In this document: positions 37,101 through 49,100 of the stretch, piece by piece | How the letters are laid out: the number at the start of each line of letters is the position of its first letter | Numbering within the stretch: the stretch's first letter is position 1 | Origin: the human T2T-CHM13v2.0 reference genome, Homo sapiens | Direction: 5' to 3' (one strand) | Length of the DNA: 64,000 nt | NCBI RefSeq assembly: GCF_009914755.1 | Contig: NC_060943.1 | Position numbers and translations under genes: made by a program | The notes under the pieces: model-generated | What the model saw: only the letters and a program-made list of their open reading frames with translations | Databases searched by the model: none | What the model was told of the DNA's origin: nothing

Positions 37101-40100
37101 ACGATCCTTTACTCAGAGCAGACTTGAAACACTCCATTTGTGGAATTTGCAAGTGGAGATTTCAGCCGCTTTGAGGTCAATGGTAGAATAGGAAATATCT
37201 TCCTATGGAAACTAGACAGAATGATTCTCAGAAACTCCTTTGTGCTGTGTGCGTTCAGCTCACAGAGTTTAACCTTTCTTTTCATAGAGCAGTTAGGAAA
37301 CACTCTGTTTGTAAAGTCTGCAAGTGGATATTCAGACATCTTTGAGGCTTTCGTTGGAAACGGGATTTCTTCATATTCTGCTAGACAGAAGAATTCTCAG
37401 AAACTTCCTTGTGTTGTGTGTTTTCAACTCACAGAGTTCAACGATCCATTACACAGAGAAGACTTGAAACACTCTTTTTGTGGAATTGGCAAGTGGAGAT
37501 TTCAGCCGCTTTGAGGTCAATGGTAGAAAAGGAAATATCTTCGTATAAAAACTAGACAGAGTGATTCTCAGAAACTCCTTTGTGATGTCTGCGTTCAACT
37601 CACAGAGTTTAACCTTTCTTTTCATAGAGCAGTTAGGAAACACTCTGTTTGTAAAGTCTGCAGGTGCATATTCAGACCTCCTTGAGGCCTTAGTTGGAAA
37701 CGGGATTTCTTCATATTCTGCTATACAGAAGAATTCTCAGAAACTTCCTTGTGTTTTGTGTATTCAACTCACAGAGTTGAACGATCCTTTACACAGAGCA
37801 GACTTGAAACACTCTTTTTGTGGAATTTGCAAGTGGAGATTTCAGCCGCTTTGAGGTCAATGGTAGAAAAGGAAATATCTTCGTATAAAAACTAGACAGA
37901 ATGATTCTCAGAAACTCCTTTGTGATGTGTGCGTTCAACTCACAGAGTTTAACCTTTCTTTTCATAGAGCAGTTAGGAAACACTCTGTTGGTAAAGTCTG
38001 CAAGTGGATATTCAGACCTCTTTGAGGCCTTCTTTGGAAACGGGATTTCTTCATATTCTGCTAGACAGAAGAATACTCAGAAACTTCCTGGTGTTGCGTG
38101 TTTTCAACTCACAGAGTTCAACGATCCTTTACACAGAGTAGACTTGAAAAACTCTTTTTGTTGAATTGGCCAGTGGAGATTTCAGCCGCTTTGAGGTCAA
38201 TGGTAGAAAAGGAAATATCTTCGTATAAAAACTAGACAGAATGATTCTCAGAAACTCCTTTGTGATGTGTGCGTTCAACTCGCAGAGTTTAACCTTTCTT
38301 TTCATAGAGCAGTTAGGAAACACTCTGGTTGTAAAGTCTGCAAGTGGATATTCAGACCTCGTTGAGGCCTTCGTTGGAAACGGGATTTCTTCATATTATG
38401 CTAGACAGAAGAATTCTCAGTAACTTCCTTGTGTTGTGTGTATTCAACTCACAGTGTTGAACGATCCTTTACACAGAGCATACTTGAAACACTCTTGTTG
38501 TGGAATTTGCAAGTGGAGATTTCAGCCGCTTTGAGGTCAATGGTAGAATAGGAAATATCTTCCTATAGAAACTAGACAGAATGATTCTCAGAAACTCCTT
38601 TGTGATGTGTGCGTTCAACTCACAGAGTTTAACCTTTCTTTTCATAGAGCAGTTAGGAAACACTCTGTTTGTAAAGTCTGCAAGTGGATATTCAGACATC
38701 TTTGAGGTTTTCGTAGGAAACGGGATTTCTTCATATTCTGCTAGACAGAAGAATTCTCAGAAACTTCCTTGTGTTCTGTTTATTTAACTCACAGAGTCGA
38801 ACGATCCTTTACTCAGAGCAGACTTGAAACACTCCATTTGTGGAATTTGCAAGTGGAGATTTCAGCCGCTTTGAGGTCAATGGTAGAATAGGAAATATCT
38901 TCCTATGGAAACTAGACAGAATGATTCTCAGAAACTCCTTTGTGCTGTGTGCGTTCAGCTCACAGAGTTTAACCTTTCTTTTCATAGAGCAGTTAGGAAA
39001 CACTCTGTTTGTAAAGTCTGCAAGTGGATATTCAGACATCTTTGAGGCTTTCGTTGGAAACGGGATTTCTTCATATTCTGCTAGACAGAAGAATTCTCAG
39101 AAACTTCCTTGTGTTGTGTGTTTTCAACTCACAGAGTTCAACGATCCATTACACAGAGTAGACTTGAAACACTGTTTTTGTGGAATTGGCAAGTGGAGAT
39201 TTCAGCCGCTTTGAGGTCAATGGTAGAAAAGGAAATATCTTCGTATAAAAACTAGACAGAGTGATTCTCAGAAACTCCTTTGTGATGTCTGCGTTCAACT
39301 CACAGAGTTTAACCTTTCTTTTCATAGAGCAGTTAGGAAACACTCTGGTTGTAAAGTCTGCAAGTGCATATTCAGACCTCCTTGAGGCCTTCGTTGGAAA
39401 CGGGATTTCTTCATATTCTGCTATACAGAAGAATTCTCAGAAACTTCCTTGTGTTTTGTGTATTCAACTCACAGAGTTGAACGATCCTTTACACAGAGCA
39501 GACTTGAAACACTCTTTTTGTGGAATTTGCAAGTGGAGATTTCAGCCGCTTTGAGGTCAATGGTAGAAAAGGAAATATCTTCGTATAAAAACTAGACAGA
39601 ATGATTCTCAGAAACTCCTTTGTGATGTGTGCGTTCAACTCACAGAGTTTAACCTTTCTTTTCATAGAGCAGTTAGGAAACACTCTGTTGGTAAAGTCTG
39701 CAAGTGGATATTCAGACCTCTTTGAGGCCTTCTTTGGAAACGGGATTTCTTCATATTCTGCTAGACAGAAGAATTCTCAGAAACTTCCTGGTGTTGCGTG
39801 TTTTCAACTCACAGAGTTCAACGATCCTTTACACAGAGTAGACTTGAAAAACTCTTTTTGTTGAATTGGCCAGTGGAGATTTCAGCCGCTTTGAGGTCAA
39901 TGGTAGAAAAGGAAATATCTTCGTATAAAAACTAGACAGAATGATTCTCAGAAACTCCTTTGTGATGTGTGCGTTCAACTCGCAGAGTTTAACCTTTCTT
40001 TTCATAGAGCAGTTAGGAAACACTCTGGTTGTAAAGTCTGCAAGTGGATATTCAGACCTCGTTGAGGCCTTCGTTGGAAACGGGATTTCTTCATATTATG

Positions 40101-43100
40101 CTAGACAGAAGAATTCTCAGTAACTTCCTTGTGTTGTGTGTATTCAACTCACAGTGTTGAACGATCCTTTACACAGAGCATACTTGAAACACTCTTGTTG
40201 TGGAATTTGCAAGTGGAGATTTCAGCCGCTTTGAGGTCAATGGTAGAATAGGAAATATCTTCCTATAGAAACTAGACAGAATGATTCTCAGAAACTCCTT
40301 TGTGATGTGTGCGTTCAACTCACAGAGTTTAACCTTTCTTTTCATAGAGCAGTTAGGAAACACTCTGTTTGTAAAGTCTGCAAGTGGATATTCAGACATC
40401 TTTGAGGTTTTCGTAGGAAACGGGATTTCTTCATATTCTGCTAGACAGAAGAATTCTCAGAAACTTCCTTGTGTTGTGTTTATTCAACTCACAGAGTCGA
40501 ACGATCCTTTACTCAGAGCAGACTTGAAACACTCCATTTGTGGAATTTGCAAGTGGAGATTTCAGCCGCTTTGAGGTCAATGGTAGAATAGGAAATATCT
40601 TCCTATGGAAACTAGACAGAATGATTCTCAGAAACTCCTTTGTGCTGTGTGCGTTCAGCTCACAGAGTTTAACCTTTCTTTTCATAGAGCAGTTAGGAAA
40701 CACTCTGTTTGTAAAGTCTGCAAGTGGATATTCAGACATCTTTGAGGCTTTCGTTGGAAACGGGATTTCTTCATATTCTGCTAGACAGAAGAATTCTCAG
40801 AAACTTCCTTGTGTTGTGTGTTTTCAACTCACAGAGTTCAACGATCCATTACACAGAGAAGACTTGAAACACTCTTTTTGTGGAATTGGCAAGTGGAGAT
40901 TTCAGCCGCTTTGAGGTCAATGGTAGAAAAGGAAATATCTTCGTATAAAAACTAGACAGAGTGATTCTCAGAAACTCCTTTGTGATGTCTGCGTTCAACT
41001 CACAGAGTTTAACCTTTCTTTTCATAGAGCAGTTAGGAAACACTCTGTTTGTAAAGTCTGCAGGTGCATATTCAGACCTCCTTGAGGCCTTAGTTGGAAA
41101 CGGGATTTCTTCATATTCTGCTATACAGAAGAATTCTCAGAAACTTCCTTGTGTTTTGTGTATTCAACTCACAGAGTTGAACGATCCTTTACACAGAGCA
41201 GACTTGAAACACTCTTTTTGTGGAATTTGCAAGTGGAGATTTCAGCCGCTTTGAGGTCAATGGTAGAAAAGGAAATATCTTCGTATAAAAACTAGACAGA
41301 ATGATTCTCAGAAACTCCTTTGTGATGTGTGCGTTCAACTCACAGAGTTTAACCTTTCTTTTCATAGAGCAGTTAGGAAACACTCTGTTGGTAAAGTCTG
41401 CAAGTGGATATTCAGACCTCTTTGAGGCCTTCTTTGGAAACGGGATTTCTTCATATTCTGCTAGACAGAAGAATACTCAGAAACTTCCTGGTGTTGCGTG
41501 TTTTCAACTCACAGAGTTCAACGATCCTTTACACAGAGTAGACTTGAAAAACTCTTTTTGTTGAATTGGCCAGTGGAGATTTCAGCCGCTTTGAGGTCAA
41601 TGGTAGAAAAGGAAATATCTTCGTATAAAAACTAGACAGAATGATTCTCAGAAACTCCTTTGTGATGTGTGCGTTCAACTCGCAGAGTTTAACCTTTCTT
41701 TTCATAGAGCAGTTAGGAAACACTCTGGTTGTAAAGTCTGCAAGTGGATATTCAGACCTCGTTGAGGCCTTCGTTGGAAACGGGATTTCTTCATATTATG
41801 CTAGACAGAAGAATTCTCAGTAACTTCCTTGTGTTGTGTGTATTCAACTCACAGTGTTGAACGATCCTTTACACAGAGCATACTTGAAACACTCTTGTTG
41901 TGGAATTTGCAAGTGGAGATTTCAGCCGCTTTGAGGTCAATGGTAGAATAGGAAATATCTTCCTATAGAAACTAGACAGAATGATTCTCAGAAACTCCTT
42001 TGTGATGTGTGCGTTCAACTCACAGAGTTTAACCTTTCTTTTCATAGAGCAGTTAGGAAACACTCTGTTTGTAAAGTCTGCAAGTGGATATTCAGACATC
42101 TTTGAGGTTTTCGTAGGAAACGGGATTTCTTCATATTCTGCTAGACAGAAGAATTCTCAGAAACTTCCTTGTGTTCTGTTTATTTAACTCACAGAGTCGA
42201 ACGATCCTTTACTCAGAGCAGACTTGAAACACTCCATTTGTGGAATTTGCAAGTGGAGATTTCAGCCGCTTTGAGGTCAATGGTAGAATAGGAAATATCT
42301 TCCTATGGAAACTAGACAGAATGATTCTCAGAAACTCCTTTGTGCTGTGTGCGTTCAGCTCACAGAGTTTAACCTTTCTTTTCATAGAGCAGTTAGGAAA
42401 CACTCTGTTTGTAAAGTCTGCAAGTGGATATTCAGACATCTTTGAGGCTTTCGTTGGAAACGGGATTTCTTCATATTCTGCTAGACAGAAGAATTCTCAG
42501 AAACTTCCTTGTGTTGTGTGTTTTCAACTCACAGAGTTCAACGATCCATTACACAGAGTAGACTTGAAACACTCTTTTTGTGGAATTGGCAAGTGGAGAT
42601 TTCAGCCGCTTTGAGGTCAATGGTAGAAAAGGAAATATCTTCGTATAAAAACTAGACAGAGTGATTCTCAGAAACTCCTTTGTGATGTCTGCGTTCAACT
42701 CACAGAGTTTAACCTTTCTTTTCATAGAGCAGTTAGGAAACACTCTGTTTGTAAAGTCTGCAGGTGCATATTCAGACCTCCTTGAGGCCTTAGTTGGAAA
42801 CGGGATTTCTTCATATTCTGCTATACAGAAGAATTCTCAGAAACTTCCTTGTGTTTTGTGTATTCAACTCACAGAGTTGAACGATCCTTTACACAGAGCA
42901 GACTTGAAACACTCTTTTTGTGGAATTTGCAAGTGGAGATTTCAGCCGCTTTGAGGTCAATGGTAGAAAAGGAAATATCTTCGTATAAAAACTAGACAGA
43001 ATGATTCTCAGAAACTCCTTTGTGATGTGTGCGTTCAACTCACAGAGTTTAACCTTTCTTTTCATAGAGCAGTTAGGAAACACTCTGTTGGTAAAGTCTG

Positions 43101-46100
43101 CAAGTGGATATTCAGACCTCTTTGAGGCCTTCTTTGGAAACGGGATTTCTTCATATTCTGCTAGACAGAAGAATTCTCAGAAACTTCCTGGTGTTGCGTG
43201 TTTTCAACTCACAGAGTTCAACGATCCTTTACACAGAGTAGACTTGAAAAACTCTTTTTGTTGAATTGGCCAGTGGAGATTTCAGCCGCTTTGAGGTCAA
43301 TGGTAGAAAAGGAAATATCTTCGTATAAAAACTAGACAGAATGATTCTCAGAAACTCCTTTGTGATGTGTGCGTTCAACTCGCAGAGTTTAACCTTTCTT
43401 TTCATAGAGCAGTTAGGAAACACTCTGGTTGTAAAGTCTGCAAGTGGATATTCAGACCTCGTTGAGGCCTTCGTTGGAAACGGGATTTCTTCATATTATG
43501 CTAGACAGAAGAATTCTCAGTAACTTCCTTGTGTTGTGTGTATTCAACTCACAGTGTTGAACGATCCTTTACACAGAGCATACTTGAAACACTCTTGTTG
43601 TGGAATTTGCAAGTGGAGATTTCAGCCGCTTTGAGGTCAATGGTAGAATAGGAAATATCTTCCTATAGAAACTAGACAGAATGATTCTCAGAAACTCCTT
43701 TGTGATGTGTGCGTTCAACTCACAGAGTTTAACCTTTCTTTTCATAGAGCAGTTAGGAAACACTCTGTTTGTAAAGTCTGCAAGTGGATATTCAGACATC
43801 TTTGAGGTTTTCGTAGGAAACGGGATTTCTTCATATTCTGCTAGACAGAAGAATTCTCAGAAACTTCCTTGTGTTGTGTTTATTCAACTCACAGAGTCGA
43901 ACGATCCTTTACTCAGAGCAGACTTGAAACACTCCATTTGTGGAATTTGCAAGTGGAGATTTCAGCCGCTTTGAGGTCAATGGTAGAATAGGAAATATCT
44001 TCCTATGGAAACTAGACAGAATGATTCTCAGAAACTCCTTTGTGCTGTGTGCGTTCAGCTCACAGAGTTTAACCTTTCTTTTCATAGAGCAGTTAGGAAA
44101 CACTCTGTTTGTAAAGTCTGCAAGTGGATATTCAGACATCTTTGAGGCTTTCGTTGGAAACGGGATTTCTTCATATTCTGCTAGACAGAAGAATTCTCAG
44201 AAACTTCCTTGTGTTGTGTGTTTTCAACTCACAGAGTTCAACGATCCATTACACAGAGTATACTTGAAACACTCTTTTTGTGGAATTGGCAAGTGGAGAT
44301 TTCAGCCGCTTTGAGGTCAATGGTAGAAAAGGAAATATCTTCGTATAAAAACTAGACAGAGTGATTCTCAGAAACTCCTTTGTGATGTCTGCGTTCAACT
44401 CACAGAGTTTAACCTTTCTTTTCATAGAGCAGTTAGGAAACACTCTGTTTGTAAAGTCTGCAGGTGCATATTCAGAACTCCTTGAGGCCTTAGTTGGAAA
44501 CGGGATTTCTTCATATTCTGCTATACAGAAGAATTCTCAGAAACTTCCTTGTGTTTTGTGTATTCAACTCACAGAGTTGAACGATCCTTTACACAGAGCA
44601 GACTTGAAACACTCTTTTTGTGGAATTTGCAAGTGGAGATTTCAGCCGCTTTGAGGTCAATGGTAGAAAAGGAAATATCTTCGTATAAAAACTAGACAGA
44701 ATGATTCTCAGAAACTCCTTTGTGATGTGTGCGTTCAACTCACAGAGTTTAACCTTTCTTTTCATAGAGCAGTTAGGAAACACTCTGTTGGTAAAGTCTG
44801 CAAGTGGATATTCAGACCTCTTTGAGGCCTTCTTTGGAAACGGGATTTCTTCATATTCTGCTAGACAGAAGAATTCTCAGAAACTTCCTGGTGTTGCGTG
44901 TTTTCAACTCACAGAGTTCAACGATCCTTTACACAGAGTAGACTTGAAAAACTCTTTTTGTTGAATTGGCCAGTGGAGATTTCAGCCGCTTTGAGGTCAA
45001 TGGTAGAAAAGGAAATATCTTCGTATAAAAACTAGACAGAATGATTCTCAGAAACTCCTTTGTGATGTGTGCGTTCAACTCGCAGAGTTTAACCTTTCTT
45101 TTCATAGAGCAGTTAGGAAACACTCTGGTTGTAAAGTCTGCAAGTGGATATTCAGACCTCGTTGAGGCCTTCGTTGGAAACGGGATTTCTTCATATTATG
45201 CTAGACAGAAGAATTCTCAGTAACTTCCTTGTGTTGTGTGTATTCAACTCACAGTGTTGAACGATCCTTTACACAGAGCATACTTGAAACACTCTTGTTG
45301 TGGAATTTGCAAGTGGAGATTTCAGCCGCTTTGAGGTCAATGGTAGAATAGGAAATATCTTCCTATAGAAACTAGACAGAATGATTCTCAGAAACTCCTT
45401 TGTGATGTGTGCGTTCAACTCACAGAGTTTAACCTTTCTTTTCATAGAGCAGTTAGGAAACACTCTGTTTGTAAAGTCTGCAAGTGGATATTCAGACATC
45501 TTTGAGGTTTTCGTAGGAAACGGGATTTCTTCATATTCTGCTAGACAGAAGAATTCTCAGAAACTTCCTTGTGTTGTGTTTATTCAACTCACAGAGTCGA
45601 ACGATCCTTTACTCAGAGCAGACTTGAAACACTCCATTTGTGGAATTTGCAAGTGGAGATTTCAGCCGCTTTGAGGTCAATGGTAGAATAGGAAATATCT
45701 TCCTATGGAAACTAGACAGAATGATTCTCAGAAACTCCTTTGTGCTGTGTGCGTTCAGCTCACAGAGTTTAACCTTTCTTTTCATAGAGCAGTTAGGAAA
45801 CACTCTGTTTGTAAAGTCTGCAAGTGGATATTCAGACATCTTTGAGGCTTTCGTTGGAAACGGGATTTCTTCATATTCTGCTAGACAGAAGAATTCTCAG
45901 AAACTTCCTTGTGTTGTGTGTTTTCAACTCACAGAGTTCAACGATCCATTACACAGAGAAGACTTGAAACACTCTTTTTGTGGAATTGGCAAGTGGAGAT
46001 TTCAGCCGCTTTGAGGTCAATGGTAGAAAAGGAAATATCTTCGTATAAAAACTAGACAGAGTGATTCTCAGAAACTCCTTTGTGATGTCTGCGTTCAACT

Positions 46101-49100
46101 CACAGAGTTTAACCTTTCTTTTCATAGAGCAGTTAGGAAACACTCTGTTTGTAAAGTCTGCAGGTGCATATTCAGACCTCCTTGAGGCCTTAGTTGGAAA
46201 CGGGATTTCTTCATATTCTGCTATACAGAAGAATTCTCAGAAACTTCCTTGTGTTTTGTGTATTCAACTCACAGAGTTGAACGATCCTTTACACAGAGCA
46301 GACTTGAAACACTCTTTTTGTGGAATTTGCAAGTGGAGATTTCAGCCGCTTTGAGGTCAATGGTAGAAAAGGAAATATCTTCGTATAAAAACTAGACAGA
46401 ATGATTCTCAGAAACTCCTTTGTGATGTGTGCGTTCAACTCACAGAGTTTAACCTTTCTTTTCATAGAGCAGTTAGGAAACACTCTGTTGGTAAAGTCTG
46501 CAAGTGGATATTCAGACCTCTTTGAGGCCTTCTTTGGAAACGGGATTTCTTCATATTCTGCTAGACAGAAGAATTCTCAGAAACTTCCTGGTGTTGCGTG
46601 TTTTCAACTCACAGAGTTCAACGATCCTTTACACAGAGTAGACTTGAAAAACTCTTTTTGTTGAATTGGCCAGTGGAGATTTCAGCCGCTTTGAGGTCAA
46701 TGGTAGAAAAGGAAATATCTTCGTATAAAAACTAGACAGAATGATTCTCAGAAACTCCTTTGTGATGTGTGCGTTCAACTCGCAGAGTTTAACCTTTCTT
46801 TTCATAGAGCAGTTAGGAAACACTCTGGTTGTAAAGTCTGCAAGTGGATATTCAGACCTCGTTGAGGCCTTCGTTGGAAACGGGATTTCTTCATATTATG
46901 CTAGACAGAAGAATTCTCAGTAACTTCCTTGTGTTGTGTGTATTCAACTCACAGTGTTGAACGATCCTTTACACAGAGCATACTTGAAACACTCTTGTTG
47001 TGGAATTTGCAAGTGGAGATTTCAGCCGCTTTGAGGTCAATGGTAGAATAGGAAATATCTTCCTATAGAAACTAGACAGAATGATTCTCAGAAACTCCTT
47101 TGTGATGTGTGCGTTCAACTCACAGAGTTTAACCTTTCTTTTCATAGAGCAGTTAGGAAACACTCTGTTTGTAAAGTCTGCAAGTGGATATTCAGACATC
47201 TTTGAGGTTTTCGTAGGAAACGGGATTTCTTCATATTCTGCTAGACAGAAGAATTCTCAGAAACTTCCTTGTGTTCTGTTTATTTAACTCACAGAGTCGA
47301 ACGATCCTTTACTCAGAGCAGACTTGAAACACTCCATTTGTGGAATTTGCAAGTGGAGATTTCAGCCGCTTTGAGGTCAATGGTAGAATAGGAAATATCT
47401 TCCTATGGAAACTAGACAGAATGATTCTCAGAAACTCCTTTGTGCTGTGTGCGTTCAGCTCACAGAGTTTAACCTTTCTTTTCATAGAGCAGTTAGGAAA
47501 CACTCTGTTTGTAAAGTCTGCAAGTGGATATTCAGACATCTTTGAGGCTTTCGTTGGAAACGGGATTTCTTCATATTCTGCTAGACAGAAGAATTCTCAG
47601 AAACTTCCTTGTGTTGTGTGTTTTCAACTCACAGAGTTCAACGATCCATTACACAGAGTAGACTTGAAACACTCTTTTTGTGGAATTGGCAAGTGGAGAT
47701 TTCAGCCGCTTTGAGGTCAATGGTAGAAAAGGAAATATCTTCGTATAAAAACTAGACAGAGTGATTCTCAGAAACTCCTTTGTGATGTCTGCGTTCAACT
47801 CACAGAGTTTAACCTTTCTTTTCATAGAGCAGTTAGGAAACACTCTGTTTGTAAAGTCTGCAAGTGCCTATTCAGACCTCCTTGAGGCCTTCGTTGGAAA
47901 CGGGATTTCTTCATATTCTGCTATACAGAAGAATTCTCAGAAACTTCCTTGTGTTTTGTGTATTCAACTCACAGAGTTGAACGATCCTTTACACAGAGCA
48001 GACTTGAAACACTCTTTTTGTGGAATTTGCAAGTGGAGATTTCAGCCGCTTTGAGGTCAATGGTAGAAAAGGAAATATCTTCGTATAAAAACTAGACAGA
48101 ATGATTCTCAGAAACTCCTTTGTGATGTGTGCGTTCAACTCACAGAGTTTAACCTTTCTTTTCATAGAGCAGTTAGGAAACACTCTGTTGGTAAAGTCTG
48201 CAAGTGGATATTCAGACCTCTTTGAGGCCTTCTTTGGAAACGGGATTTCTTCATATTCTGCTAGACAGAAGAATTCTCAGAAACTTCCTGGTGTTGCGTG
48301 TTTTCAACTCACAGAGTTCAACGATCCTTTACACAGAGTAGACTTGAAAAACTCTTTTTGTTGAATTGGCCAGTGGAGATTTCAGCCGCTTTGAGGTCAA
48401 TGGTAGAAAAGGAAATATCTTCGTATAAAAACTAGACAGAATGATTCTCAGAAACTCCTTTGTGATGTGTGCGTTCAACTCGCAGAGTTTAACCTTTCTT
48501 TTCATAGAGCAGTTAGGAAACACTCTGGTTGTAAAGTCTGCAAGTGGATATTCAGACCTCGTTGAGGCCTTCGTTGGAAACGGGATTTCTTCATATTATG
48601 CTAGACAGAAGAATTCTCAGTAACTTCCTTGTGTTGTGTGTATTCAACTCACAGTGTTGAACGATCCTTTACACAGAGCATACTTGAAACACTCTTGTTG
48701 TGGAATTTGCAAGTGGAGATTTCAGCCGCTTTGAGGTCAATGGTAGAATAGGAAATATCTTCCTATAGAAACTAGACAGAATGATTCTCAGAAACTCCTT
48801 TGTGATGTGTGCGTTCAACTCACAGAGTTTAACCTTTCTTTTCATAGAGCAGTTAGGAAACACTCTGTTTGTAAAGTCTGCAAGTGGATATTCAGACATC
48901 TTTGAGGTTTTCGTAGGAAACGGGATTTCTTCATATTCTGCTAGACAGAAGAATTCTCAGAAACTTCCTTGTGTTGTGTTTATTCAACTCACAGAGTCGA
49001 ACGATCCTTTACTCAGAGCAGACTTGAAACACTCCATTTGTGGAATTTGCAAGTGGAGATTTCAGCCGCTTTGAGGTCAATGGTAGAATAGGAAATATCT

